From assembly GCA_009835395.1 (NCBI GenBank), contig VXXM01000068.1:1494-65493 (forward strand): a DNA stretch of 64,000 bases, read 5' to 3'. Of this stretch, positions 26,317 through 39,920 are shown in pieces; the first letter of the stretch is position 1; each line of letters opens with the position of its first letter. The translations under genes were made by a program, and so were the position numbers. The stretch comes from Acidimicrobiia bacterium. Its GTDB lineage: Bacteria > Actinomycetota > Acidimicrobiia > Acidimicrobiales > CATQHL01. The notes below the pieces were generated by a model that did no database searches, had not been told where the DNA came from, and saw only the letters and a program-made list of their open reading frames with translations.

Positions 26317-27960
26317 CTACCCGCCGACGGCGACCACCAGATCGACAGCTGAACCGCGCGGCAATTCCGGAAGCATCTCGTTGACCGCAACCACCGAGCC
26401 TTCGGGCACGGCGGGATCCAGCGTGGTCTGCACGATGCCGACCCTGAGACCGATCTCGGAGAGCCGCAACCCGGCCTCCTCGACGGTCATCCCCACGATG
26501 TCGGCGGGGATGACGACCAGCGGCTCCCCCAGGCTCACCTGCACCTTGACCGTCTGGCCCTCGTCGAGCAGGCCGCCCTGGGAGGGAAGTTGCCCGACGA
26601 CCTCGCCGGGCGATGCGCCCGGGACCCGCACGTCCAGGCGGCGCACGTCCCAACCCGAGGTCGCGAGCGTCTCCGAGGCCTCCGACCAGTCCATGCCGAC
26701 CACGCCGGGGACGGCGCGAGCCGGCGTGTCGTCACCGGGAGCGCTGAAGATCACCAGCAGCGCCGCGGCGACGACGACCGCCGCCGCGGCCACCGAGCGC
26801 AGCGCCAGGCCCCGGATGCGGCCGGGCTGCGTCGCCGGGCCGGCCTCCCCCGGCTCCGGCGTGGCGGGCCTCGCTTCGTACTCCTCGGCGCGCCGGAACG
26901 CCTCGTCGAGTCGAGTGGGCGGCGGGAACATCTCGGCGGTGGCCCGCAGCGCCAGCGCCAACTCGTCGGCCTCGAGGCGGTTCTCGGGTCTGGTCGCCGA
27001 CGCCTGCGCCAGCAGCGGGGCCAGGCGGGCCACGTTCCTGGCGGTGGCCGTCCCCCCGCCCACGGGAGCCATCGAGCGCCCGAGTCGGCTTATCTCCGCA
27101 GCCGCCACGGGTCGGCCGGCGGCGGCGTCGGTCAGCACCACCGCCAGGCTGTACACGTCGGCCGCGGCGGCCTCGGCAACGGGGTCGCGGTCCGCTGACG
27201 GCGCCTCGCCGGGGTCGGCGGCCGCGCCGGTCCCCGCTGCGGGCGCGAGCGCGTCGGCCGCGCCCTCAACGGCGGGAATCTCGCCCGTCTCGTCCTCCGC
27301 GACGACAACCGGTGTTTCAGCCGCTTCGTCCCCGGCAACCGGCGTCTCGAGGTCGGCGACCGGGATCGTCTCGGGGGCGTCGTAGCGGGTCGCTTCGGAG
27401 GGATGCAGCGGGAGCCGCAGGAAGTCCACTCCCATCTCGGCCAGCCGCAGCCGGCCGCGCACGTCGACGCAGCAGTTCGCCGGAGTGATCGCCCCGTGGG
27501 TGACGCCGCTCCGGCGCAGGCTGTGGAGCGTCTCGGCACCCTGCAGACCTATGAGCAGCGTCTGGGAGGGCGTCAGGGCCGTCCCCGATTCGAGGAGTCT
27601 TTGCAGGCGCATCGCCGGGGCCGGATGGACCAGGTAGGGCACCGGGTCGAGTTGCCAGTCCAGAAGCGGTAGCACGTGCAGGTGCCGGAGGGTGCGCAAT
27701 TCGTCCAGGCGGGCCGCGGCGTCCTCGGAGTCGACCACCGCCTCAGCGTCGAGGAACGTCACCTCCACGTCCTGGCCGGTGTCGCCGTCGGTGGCCCGGT
27801 AGGTCCTCCCGAGCCGGCTCTCTGCCACATATTCGCCAATCCGGTAGCGCCCGGCGATCGGGGCGGGCTCCCAGGCGGTCTCGCCGGGTTCGCCGGCAGG
27901 GAGTTCGGCAGCCTCCTCCGGGCTGCCGGTGGACACTTCCTCGGAGCGTTCCGGCTCCAT
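26317..27960 (-). CDS. Membrane pseudokinase with two extracellular PASTA domains
   Basis: Kinase-like fold with degenerate catalytic motifs (VEVTFLD in place of VAIK, THGAITPAN in place of HRDLKPxN, EMG in place of DFG). A TM helix follows (LRSVAAAAVVVAAALLVIFSA), then two PASTA-like repeats (VPGVVGMDWSEASETL... and IPADIVGMTVEEAGLRL...). The start is uncertain; I used the ATG at 27960. Confidence 0.75.
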   Translation of the reverse strand: MEPERSEEVSTGSPEEAAELPAGEPGETAWEPAPIAGRYRIGEYVAESRLGRTYRATDGDTGQDVEVTFLDAEAVVDSEDAAARLDELRTLRHLHVLPLLDWQLDPVPYLVHPAPAMRLQRLLESGTALTPSQTLLIGLQGAETLHSLRRSGVTHGAITPANCCVDVRGRLRLAEMGVDFLRLPLHPSEATRYDAPETIPVADLETPVAGDEAAETPVVVAEDETGEIPAVEGAADALAPAAGTGAAADPGEAPSADRDPVAEAAAADVYSLAVVLTDAAAGRPVAAAEISRLGRSMAPVGGGTATARNVARLAPLLAQASATRPENRLEADELALALRATAEMFPPPTRLDEAFRRAEEYEARPATPEPGEAGPATQPGRIRGLALRSVAAAAVVVAAALLVIFSAPGDDTPARAVPGVVGMDWSEASETLATSGWDVRRLDVRVPGASPGEVVGQLPSQGGLLDEGQTVKVQVSLGEPLVVIPADIVGMTVEEAGLRLSEIGLRVGIVQTTLDPAVPEGSVVAVNEMLPELPRGSAVDLVVAVGG

Positions 27961-28063
27961 TTCGGCTTGGCCGGTGTCGCCGCCTTCGAGGAGTCCCGGC
28001 TCCTCCTCGGGCACGCCGTTGCCTGCGTTCTCCTTGGGAGGCTCGACGGCTCCGGTGTCCACG

Positions 28064-28540
28064 ATGGTCGAGATTACCGCCGCGGCTGGTGAGCCGACCG
28101 CCTCTAGCCTGACCTGCGTGGCCCTGAGCAGACGCCGCCAGGCACTCATCGCCGCCCTCATCGCCACCGCGGGGGTCGCCTCGATCACCGCCGCCGTCCT
28201 GGTGCGCGACGGCGACAGCGGCCCTCCGGTGGATTCCCGGGTGGAGGAGCTGATCCCCGAGCCTGGCAGCGAGGTGCTGGTGCAGCAGGCGTTCGGGCTC
28301 GACCTCACCGACTCGCCCCGCTATGTCATCGAGCTGTATCTGAACGGCCATCGACTGCCCGACAACGAGTCGGTGCAGGCCACCTCGGTGAACCGGTCCG
28401 TGTACCAGCCGGGCCGGACGCAGACCGTCACGAAGCTGCGCGCCGGGGAGAACTGCGCCCGGGCGGTCTTCTACCCGTTCGCCGAGGGCCCCACCTCGCC
28501 GCGCCGGGGCGAGGTCCGCTGGTGCTTCAGAGCCGCCTGA
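28064..28540 (+). CDS. Membrane-anchored hypothetical protein (~158 aa)
   Basis: One TM helix (ALIAALIATAGVASITAAVLV) followed by a ~110-aa extracytoplasmic domain. It is divergent from the pseudokinase gene. The start is uncertain. Confidence 0.5.
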   Translation: MVEITAAAGEPTASSLTCVALSRRRQALIAALIATAGVASITAAVLVRDGDSGPPVDSRVEELIPEPGSEVLVQQAFGLDLTDSPRYVIELYLNGHRLPDNESVQATSVNRSVYQPGRTQTVTKLRAGENCARAVFYPFAEGPTSPRRGEVRWCFRAA

Positions 28541-28577
28541 GCGGCGCGGCCCGACCTCCCGCCTGCGGGAAGTTCCG

Positions 28578-32539
<3,962 letters not shown>

Positions 32540-32545
32540 GAGGTC

Positions 32546-32570
32546 GGACCGCAGCGCCGCCCCGCGGTCC
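32546..32570 (+). terminator. Intercistronic hairpin after the SBP gene (7-bp stem GGACCGC/GCGGTCC, 11-nt loop)
   Basis: Read directly, 7 nt after the stop. This is the typical position for an SBP-mRNA stabiliser or partial terminator in ABC operons. Confidence 0.3.
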
Positions 32571-32650
32571 CCCGCACGGGCGCCGGCCGGGCACAGGAGG
32601 CGAGGCCGAGGCGAAGTGAGCAGAGTCCACAGGTCCCGGCGGCGACGCCC

Positions 32651-33658
32651 GTGATCGCCTACGCCCTGCGCCGTCTGGCCATCACCGTCCCGGTGCTGGT
32701 GGTCATCTCCTTCGGCACGTTCTGGGCGGCCGGGCAGATCTCCAGCCCCACCGCCCAGCTCACGCTCAACCCGCGCATCAGCCCCGAGACCAAGCAGGCC
32801 TACGTGGAACTGCTCGGCCTGGACCGCCCGCTGCACGTGCAGTACGGCAAGTGGCTCGGCAACTTCGTGACCGGCGACTTCGGCACGTCACTGGTCAAGA
32901 ACGGCCAGGACGTATGGCCCTTCGTGGAGCGGGCGCTGGCCAACACGCTGCTGCTGGTGGCCGCAGCGGTGAGCCTGTCGCTGCTGATCGGCCTGGCGGT
33001 GGGCACGATCTCGGCCATCCGCCAGGGCTCGCTGTGGGACTACGGCTCGGTGACCGTGTCGTTCCTGGGCATCTCCATCCCGGTGTTCTGGCTGGGCCTC
33101 ATGCTGCAGCTGTTCTTCGGCCTGTACCTGGCCAACTGGCTGGGTGTCGGCCCGCCGCTGCTGCCCACCGCCGGCATCTACTCCCCCGGGCAGCAGGGAT
33201 TCGACCTCCTCGACCGGGTGCGCCACCTGGTGCTGCCCACGCTGGCGCTGTCGCTGCAACTCGTGGCCGTCTACAGCCGCTACATGCGGGCCTCGATGCT
33301 GGAGGTGATGAGCGCCGACTACATCCGCACCGCCCGCAGCAAGGGCCTGCGGGAGAGCCGGGTGGTGGTCCGCCACGGCATGCGCTCGGCGCTGGTACCG
33401 GTCACGACCCAGGTCGCCATCGACATCGGTCAGCTGGTCGGCGGGCTGATCGTCACCGAGCGGGTCTTCCAGTACCCGGGGATGGGGCTGCTGTTCCTGG
33501 ACTCGCTGGAGGGCGGCGACTACACGATCCTGCTGCCGACGGTGATGATCGCCGCAGTCGTGGTGTTCGCCCTGAACCTGGTCGCCGACCTGCTCTACGG
33601 GGTGCTGGATCCCCGGGTGCGCCTGGGACGGGACAGGCGGGTGGCCCGCAATGTCTGA
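32651..33658 (+). CDS. ABC transporter permease (DppB/OppB-like)
   Basis: N-terminus MIAYALRRLAITVPVLVVISF.... Multiple TM segments and an EAA-like loop (...YIRTARSKGLRESRVVVRHGMRSALVPV...). Confidence 0.9.
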   Translation: MIAYALRRLAITVPVLVVISFGTFWAAGQISSPTAQLTLNPRISPETKQAYVELLGLDRPLHVQYGKWLGNFVTGDFGTSLVKNGQDVWPFVERALANTLLLVAAAVSLSLLIGLAVGTISAIRQGSLWDYGSVTVSFLGISIPVFWLGLMLQLFFGLYLANWLGVGPPLLPTAGIYSPGQQGFDLLDRVRHLVLPTLALSLQLVAVYSRYMRASMLEVMSADYIRTARSKGLRESRVVVRHGMRSALVPVTTQVAIDIGQLVGGLIVTERVFQYPGMGLLFLDSLEGGDYTILLPTVMIAAVVVFALNLVADLLYGVLDPRVRLGRDRRVARNV

Positions 33659-34598
33659 GCAGGGCCCCGGCCCCGGCAGCGAGGTCCCGGTGGGCGTTCC
33701 GGACGTCCCCGTGGGCGGCGGCGAGACCGAGTCCCTGGCCACGGCGACGCCGATCAGCCCGTGGCGGCTGGCGCTGCGGCGCTTCCTGCGCCGCAAGCCG
33801 GCGGTGATCTCGGTCGCGATCCTGGGCGTCATCGTCGTCGGAGCCGCCTTCGCCGAGTGGATCGCCCCCTTCGGCGCCGTGGAGCAGAACCTGGACGACA
33901 TCCTGCAGAGCCCCGACGGCACCTACCTGCTAGGAACCGACACCCTGGGGCGCGACAACTTCAGCCGCATCCTGCACGGCGGGCGGGTGTCGCTGCTGGT
34001 GGGGATCACCGTGGCGCTCATCGCCGGCGGCGTCGGCACGCTCATCGGCATCCTGGCCGGGTACTACGGCGGCTTCATCGACGCCGCCCTGATGCGCCTC
34101 ACCGACACGCTGCTGGCCCTGCCGGGCCTGATGGTCGTCATCATCGCCGCCCGGCTGCTGGGCGACGGCGTGTGGGACGTGGTGCTGGTGCTGTCGGGCA
34201 TCGCCTGGATGACCCTGGCCCGCATCGTGCGGGGCAAGGTGCTGACGCTCAAGGAGCAGGAGTTCGTGGAGGCGGCGCGGGCCCTGGGCGTGCCGGTGCG
34301 CCAGATCATGCGCCGCCACCTGCTGCCGAACCTGGTCGGTGAGATCACCGTGACCATCTCGCTGACCGTGGCGGCCGCCATCCTGGCCGAGTCGACCCTC
34401 AGCTTCCTGGGCCTCGGCGTCAGTGCCACCCACACCGCCACCTGGGGCAACATGCTGGGCGGAAACGAGGGCTTCGTGACCACGGCGCCGTGGCTGGTAT
34501 GGGGTCCCGGCCTGGCCATCGTGATCACCGCCCTGTGCGTGAACTTCATCGGCGACGGGCTGCGAGACTCGCTGGATCCCACACAGGAGAAGTTGTGA
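33651..34598 (+). CDS. ABC transporter permease (DppC/OppC-like)
   Basis: Motifs ...LGTDTLGRDNFSRILHGGRVSL... and ...FVEAARALGVPVRQIMRRHLLPN.... It overlaps the upstream gene by 8 nt (ATGTCTGA). Confidence 0.9.
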   Translation: MSEQGPGPGSEVPVGVPDVPVGGGETESLATATPISPWRLALRRFLRRKPAVISVAILGVIVVGAAFAEWIAPFGAVEQNLDDILQSPDGTYLLGTDTLGRDNFSRILHGGRVSLLVGITVALIAGGVGTLIGILAGYYGGFIDAALMRLTDTLLALPGLMVVIIAARLLGDGVWDVVLVLSGIAWMTLARIVRGKVLTLKEQEFVEAARALGVPVRQIMRRHLLPNLVGEITVTISLTVAAAILAESTLSFLGLGVSATHTATWGNMLGGNEGFVTTAPWLVWGPGLAIVITALCVNFIGDGLRDSLDPTQEKL

Positions 34599-35611
34599 AC
34601 GCCCCGGGGGTCAGGAGTTCGAGCGCGGCCACGCTGCTGTCGGTCCGCAACCTGCGCACCGAGATCGACACCGAGAACGGCACCGTCACCGCAGCCGACG
34701 GCGTGAGCCTCGACCTGCACGGCGACGAGGTGCTGGCGGTGGTCGGCGAGTCCGGCTGCGGGAAGACGATGCTGGCGCTGTCGATCCTGGGACTGCTGCC
34801 GAGGCGCACGGGCCGCATCGTCGACGGCCAGGTGCTGTTCCGGGGTGAGGACCTGACGCAGGCCACACCGGCCCGCCTGCGGGAGATCCGCGGTGCCGAG
34901 ATCGCCATGATCTTCCAGGACGCGCTCACCGGACTGCACCCGCTGCAGCGCGTCGGCGACCAGATCGTCGAGATGATCCGGGCCCACGAGCCCGCGCGGC
35001 GTGACGCTGCCCGGCGGAGGGCGGTCGACTTGCTGGACCTCGTAGGCATCCCCGATCCGGATCGCCGCGCGGAGTCGTTCCCCCATGAGCTCTCCGGCGG
35101 CATGCGCCAGCGGGTCATGATCGCCATGGCGGTGGCGCTGGACCCTGCCGTGCTGATCGCCGATGAGCCGACCACCGCCCTGGACGTCACGGTGCAGGCG
35201 CAGGTGCTGGAGACCCTCGCCAGGATCAGCGGCGACCTCAACGGCTCGATCCTGCTGATCACCCACGACTTCGGCGTCGTGGCCGGCTTCGCCGACCGCG
35301 TGGCGGTCATGTACGCCGGACGGCTCGTGGAACAGGGACCGGTGGCGGAGGTGTACGGCCGCCCCCGCCACCCCTACACGGCCGGTCTCCTGGCCTCCAT
35401 GCCGCGCATCGACGACGTCCCCGGCCGCCTTCCGCGCATCGCCGGCACCCCTCCCAACCTCGTGTCGCCGCCGCCGGGGTGCCGCTTCGCGCCCCGTTGC
35501 AGCCTCGCCGGCGACATCTGCAGGGAAGTGCCGCCGGAGACGCGGCTCTGGCCACCCGACGGCGGGGTCACGGTGGCCTGCCACCACGCCGAGCAGGTCG
35601 GAGCGGGCTGA
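34595..35611 (+). CDS. ABC transporter ATP-binding protein (DppD/OppD-like)
   Basis: Walker A GESGCGKT, signature LSGGMRQR, Walker B LLIADEPTTALD. The GTG at 34595 overlaps the upstream stop (GTGA). Confidence 0.92.
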   Translation: MNAPGVRSSSAATLLSVRNLRTEIDTENGTVTAADGVSLDLHGDEVLAVVGESGCGKTMLALSILGLLPRRTGRIVDGQVLFRGEDLTQATPARLREIRGAEIAMIFQDALTGLHPLQRVGDQIVEMIRAHEPARRDAARRRAVDLLDLVGIPDPDRRAESFPHELSGGMRQRVMIAMAVALDPAVLIADEPTTALDVTVQAQVLETLARISGDLNGSILLITHDFGVVAGFADRVAVMYAGRLVEQGPVAEVYGRPRHPYTAGLLASMPRIDDVPGRLPRIAGTPPNLVSPPPGCRFAPRCSLAGDICREVPPETRLWPPDGGVTVACHHAEQVGAG

Positions 35612-35614
35612 ACG

Positions 35615-36658
35615 ATGGCCGGCCCGTCCTCCCCGCACCATGACGTCGCCTACCGGCATTCCGGCGAGGACCGGAATCCAGGCTCCGGTCCCACGCCGCT
35701 GCTGGCCGTGGAGGGGCTGGCCAAGCACTTCAGCACGCGGCGGGCGACCCTGAAGGCCGTCGACGGGGTCTCGTTCACGCTCGAGGAGGGGCGCAGCCTG
35801 GGCCTCGTCGGCGAGTCGGGCTGCGGCAAGTCCACGACGGCGCGGCTGATCCTGCGCCTCCTGGAGCCCACCGCCGGCTCGGTCCGTTTCCGGGGCCGCG
35901 AACTCACCACCCTCTCCCAAGCCGAGATGCGCAGGGTGCGCAGCCAGCTCGGGATCGTCTTCCAGGACCCCTACGCCAGCCTGAACCCCCGCATGACGCT
36001 GCGGAACGTCGTGGCCGAGGGGCTGCGCGTGTGGCACCCGGAGGCCGACATCGATCGCCGGGTCGCCGAAGTGCTGGAGCGGGTGGGCCTGGCCGCCCGT
36101 TTCGCCCGCCGCTACCCCCACGAACTCTCCGGCGGGCAGCGCCAGCGGGTGGCCATCGCCCGGGCGCTGGCGCCGGGGCCGTCGCTGTTGATCTGCGACG
36201 AGCCGGTCTCGGCGCTGGACGTGTCCGTGCAGGCGCAGATCCTCAACCTGCTCGCCGACCTGCAGCACGAACTGCGGCTGACGATCCTGTTCATCTCCCA
36301 CGACCTGGCAGTGGTGCGGCACGTCTGCGAGCGGGTGGCGGTCATGCACCTGGGGCGGATCGTGGAGATCGGCACCCGGGCACAGGTCTACGGCAACCCC
36401 CGCCACCCGTACACGGCGGCGCTGCTGTCGGCGGTGCCGGCACCCGACCCGGCGCGCCGCCACGACGGCAGGCGGGTGCAGCTCTCCGGCGAGATCCCCA
36501 GCCCGCTGGACCCGCCGTCGGGATGCACGTTCCGCACCCGCTGCGCCCACGCCGCCGAGCTCTGCGCGGCCACCGAGCCCGAGCTGACGCCGCGGGGTGT
36601 CGACCACCCCGTGGCCTGCCACTTCGCGGCCGATCTGCCACTGACGCCCGCGCCGTAG
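35615..36658 (+). CDS. ABC transporter ATP-binding protein (DppF/OppF-like)
   Basis: Walker A GESGCGKST, signature LSGGQRQR, Walker B LLICDEPVSALD, and a C-terminal oligopeptide-type extension (...PSGCTFRTRC...). Confidence 0.92.
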   Translation: MAGPSSPHHDVAYRHSGEDRNPGSGPTPLLAVEGLAKHFSTRRATLKAVDGVSFTLEEGRSLGLVGESGCGKSTTARLILRLLEPTAGSVRFRGRELTTLSQAEMRRVRSQLGIVFQDPYASLNPRMTLRNVVAEGLRVWHPEADIDRRVAEVLERVGLAARFARRYPHELSGGQRQRVAIARALAPGPSLLICDEPVSALDVSVQAQILNLLADLQHELRLTILFISHDLAVVRHVCERVAVMHLGRIVEIGTRAQVYGNPRHPYTAALLSAVPAPDPARRHDGRRVQLSGEIPSPLDPPSGCTFRTRCAHAAELCAATEPELTPRGVDHPVACHFAADLPLTPAP

Positions 36659-36670
36659 CAGGCTGGTGCG

Positions 36671-37540
36671 GTGGCCGGGAAGATCTGGATCGGCGCGCTG
36701 CGGGCGCTCTGGGCGTCACTGCCCTGGAGTGCCGGGTGGCTGTTGGGCGAGGCGCTGGAGGGCGTCTCCGGCGCCTTCGCCACCACCGCCGGCGCCGGCG
36801 CCTGGGCGCTGTGGGCGGTGGGCCTCACCGCCCTGCTCGTGCCGCACACGGTGTCGCTGACGGCGCTGCGGATCTTGGCGCCGGGGGTGCTGGCGGCGAC
36901 ATGCTGGGCGGCGGCGGTCACCGGAGCCGGGGCGGCGGTCGCGCTGGGCCTGGCCTGTGGCGTGGCGACCGCCATCGGCGCCCTGTCGCCGCTGGTGGGC
37001 GACCGGTTCATCGACGCCACCAGCTACGGCCACGAGCGGCGCCTGGCACTGCGTGCCCCGGCGGCGGTCCTGGTGGGCGCCCTGGCACCCACCTGGGCGT
37101 TGACGCTGGGGGGGATGGCGGCGGGCCCGCTGCTGTGGGCGGCGGGCCACTGGGTGCTGGGGCCGCTGGTCACCGTGGCGGGCTGGCTGATCGCCGTGGC
37201 CGGGATGCGGGCCCTGCACGGCCTGGCCCGACGCTGGCTGGTGTACGTCCCGGCGGGACTGGTGCTGCACGATCGTCTGGTCCTGGCCGAGCCGACGCTG
37301 TTCCGCCGGCCCGTCATCGCCGCCTTCGGGCCGGCGCCGGCCGGCAGCGGCGCCCGCGACTTCACCGCCGGCGCCGGCGGGTTGCTCTTCGAGCTGCGTC
37401 TCTCAGAGCCGGTCAGCCTCACCCCCGCCCGCTCCGGCGGCGCCTCCGAGAAGGTCGCCGCCCTGCTCGTGGCGCCCACCCGCCCGGCCGCCGTCGTGGC
37501 CGAGGCCCGCAAGCGCCGCATCCCCACGCCGGCCGGCTGA
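36671..37540 (+). CDS. Polytopic membrane protein, hypothetical
   Basis: GTG start 12 nt after the ATPase stop. There are at least 5 hydrophobic helices rich in Ala/Gly/Trp, then a soluble C-terminal ~90 aa. Confidence 0.6.
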   Translation: MAGKIWIGALRALWASLPWSAGWLLGEALEGVSGAFATTAGAGAWALWAVGLTALLVPHTVSLTALRILAPGVLAATCWAAAVTGAGAAVALGLACGVATAIGALSPLVGDRFIDATSYGHERRLALRAPAAVLVGALAPTWALTLGGMAAGPLLWAAGHWVLGPLVTVAGWLIAVAGMRALHGLARRWLVYVPAGLVLHDRLVLAEPTLFRRPVIAAFGPAPAGSGARDFTAGAGGLLFELRLSEPVSLTPARSGGASEKVAALLVAPTRPAAVVAEARKRRIPTPAG

Positions 37541-37553
37541 GGACCCGACGACC

Positions 37554-38576
37554 TCAGGCGGCTATCCCGCCGCCCAGTACCTCGTCGCCGTCGTAGAACA
37601 CCATGCTCTGGCCCGGTGCCACCCGCTGCTGCGGCGCCAGCCAGCACACCCGGGTGCCGTCGAGGGCCGCCGGGCGCGCTGCGCCGTGGGCGCTGGTCTG
37701 CACCAGCACCGGCCCCTGCACCGGCCCGGCCGCCCACGCCACGTCGCGCACCTCCTGGTGGTCTCTCAGCAGGTCGGCCCGGTCGCCGAGGGTCACCACG
37801 CCCGCCGCCACGTCGGCGTCGACCACGTACAGCGGGCGTTCCTGCCCGCCGACGCCGAGCCCCCTGCGCTGGCCGAGGGTCACCAACTGTGCCGACGGGA
37901 TCTCGCCGAGCTGCCGGCCCGAGGTGTCGACGACTCGGGCCGGAGTCGCTTCCAGTCGCTCGGCCAGGAACGATCCCCGCTCGCCGCGCCGGATGAAGCA
38001 GACGTCGATGCTGTCGGGCTTGGCGGCGGTGCGCAGCCCCAGTTCGGCGGCCAGGGCCCGCACCCGCGCCTTGGTCATGTCGCCCACCGGCAGCAGCACC
38101 CGGGAGAGAGTCTCCTGGCCCAGCATGTACAGCACGTAGGACTGGTCCTTGGCGGCGTCGGCGCCCCTCGCCAGGCGGCGGGTGCCGTCGGGACGGTGCA
38201 GCACGCGGGCGTGGTGGCCCGTGGCGACGGCGTCGAATCCCAGCGCCTCGGCCCGGCGCAGCAGCCTGTCGAACTTGATGTGGCGGTTGCACTCCACGCA
38301 AGGGTTGGGGGTGCGGCCGGCGGCGTGGTCGCCCACGTAGGGAGCCACCACCCTGGCGGAGAAGTCCTCGCCGAAGTTGAAGACGTGATGGTCGATACCG
38401 AGGGCGTCCGCCACCCGCCGGGCGTCGATCACGTCGGCCACGGAGCAGCAGCCGGTGTCCGACGGCCCGCCCCAAAGCTTCATCGTGACGCCGACCACCT
38501 CGTGGCCGTCCTGAGCCAGCAGCGCCGCGGCCACCGAGGAGTCCACGCCCCCCGACATCGCCGCCAGGACCTGCAT
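37554..38576 (-). CDS. mnmA: tRNA-specific 2-thiouridylase
   Basis: PP-loop AMSGGVDSSVAA plus ...NPCVECNRHIKF... and ...ATGHHAR.... Confidence 0.93.
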   Translation of the reverse strand: MQVLAAMSGGVDSSVAAALLAQDGHEVVGVTMKLWGGPSDTGCCSVADVIDARRVADALGIDHHVFNFGEDFSARVVAPYVGDHAAGRTPNPCVECNRHIKFDRLLRRAEALGFDAVATGHHARVLHRPDGTRRLARGADAAKDQSYVLYMLGQETLSRVLLPVGDMTKARVRALAAELGLRTAAKPDSIDVCFIRRGERGSFLAERLEATPARVVDTSGRQLGEIPSAQLVTLGQRRGLGVGGQERPLYVVDADVAAGVVTLGDRADLLRDHQEVRDVAWAAGPVQGPVLVQTSAHGAARPAALDGTRVCWLAPQQRVAPGQSMVFYDGDEVLGGGIAA

Positions 38577-38603
38577 CGGCCGATCCCCGTTCCCGGACCC
38601 TGC

Positions 38604-39770
38604 CTAGGCCGCCGCCCGGCGCAGTTGGGCGACCGCCGGGGGCAACACCGCCAGAGCCGTCTCCACGTCGGCCTCGCTGCTGGCGGCGCCGAGCGACAGG
38701 CGCAGCGAACCCCGCGCCAGCGACCGGGGATAGCCCATGGCGGCGAGCACGTGCGAGGGGTGCTCGGCGCCGCTGGCGCACGACGAAGCCGCCGAGGCGT
38801 ACACCCCGCCCCGCTCGGCCAGGAACAGCAGGGCCTCGCTCTCGATGCCCTCGAAGCACAGGTGACACGACCCCGCCACCTTCGCCGACCGGTCGACCGG
38901 CATGCCGGCGCCGGAGGCGGGCCGCACACCCGACTCGGTGACGCCCTCGAGGGCGGCCCGCAGCCCGTCGGCGAGGCGGTCACGCAGCCGGCCGACGCGC
39001 TCGACGGTCTCGGCGCGCCGAGCCACGGTGATCTGCGCCGCCCGGCCCATGCCCACGATGCCGGCCACGTTCGGCGTGCCGCCGCGGCGCTCGGCCTCCT
39101 GGCCGCCGCCCACGATCTGGGGCTGCAGCGCTACGCCGTCACGCACCACCAGGGCGCCGACGCCCTTGGGGCCGCCGAACTTGTGGGCGCTCACCGAGAC
39201 CAGGTCGGCCGGTGCCGCCCGTGCGGCCACGTCCAGCCAGGGGAAGGCCTGCACGGCGTCGGTGTGCAGCAGCGCCCCGGGTGCGCGGCGCGCCATCACC
39301 TCGGCCACCTCCTCCAGGGACCACACCACGCCGTTCTCGTTGTTGGCCAGCATCACCGACACCAGGCGCACGTCGCCGTCCAGCGCCGCCGCGAGGGCGT
39401 CGAGGTCGAGCATCCCCGCGCTGTCCACCCCCACGACGCGCCCGCCCAGTTGCTCCACCGGGCGCAGCACGGCGGGGTGCTCGATGGCGCTGCACACGAC
39501 CGTTCCGCCCGAGCCGGCTGCGGCGCCGAAGACAGCCAGGTTGTCGGCCTCGGTGCCGCTGCCGCAGAAGACGATCTCGCCGGGCCGGGCGCCGAGCGCC
39601 TCGGCCAGGATGTCCCGGGCGTCGTCGCCGGCCCGCCGGGCCTCGCGGGCCATGCGGTGCGCCCCGGTGGGGTTGGCGTAGCAGCCGTCGAAGAACTCCC
39701 GCATCGCCTCGACGACCTCGGCGTGCATCGGCGTGGAGGCGGCATGATCCAGGTAGGCGACGGCGGCCAT
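38604..39770 (-). CDS. Cysteine desulfurase (IscS/NifS class V aminotransferase)
   Basis: Motifs ...YLDHAASTP..., PLP-Lys SVSAHKFGGPKGVGAL, and ...ASSCASG... for the active-site Cys loop. It lies upstream of mnmA, as in other Actinomycetota. Confidence 0.9.
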   Translation of the reverse strand: MAAVAYLDHAASTPMHAEVVEAMREFFDGCYANPTGAHRMAREARRAGDDARDILAEALGARPGEIVFCGSGTEADNLAVFGAAAGSGGTVVCSAIEHPAVLRPVEQLGGRVVGVDSAGMLDLDALAAALDGDVRLVSVMLANNENGVVWSLEEVAEVMARRAPGALLHTDAVQAFPWLDVAARAAPADLVSVSAHKFGGPKGVGALVVRDGVALQPQIVGGGQEAERRGGTPNVAGIVGMGRAAQITVARRAETVERVGRLRDRLADGLRAALEGVTESGVRPASGAGMPVDRSAKVAGSCHLCFEGIESEALLFLAERGGVYASAASSCASGAEHPSHVLAAMGYPRSLARGSLRLSLGAASSEADVETALAVLPPAVAQLRRAAA

Positions 39771-39920
39771 GTCCCCAGGCTACGAGGCCGCCGGGCTCGA
39801 CAGTTGACGCACGCGCTGTCTGGATTCCGGCCGCCGCCCGAATGACGGATCAGTGGGCGGAATCAAGTGAGGGCGGGCCGGCGGTGTGGTATTCGGGGCG
39901 GGCAGCGACAGGCTGGAGTC

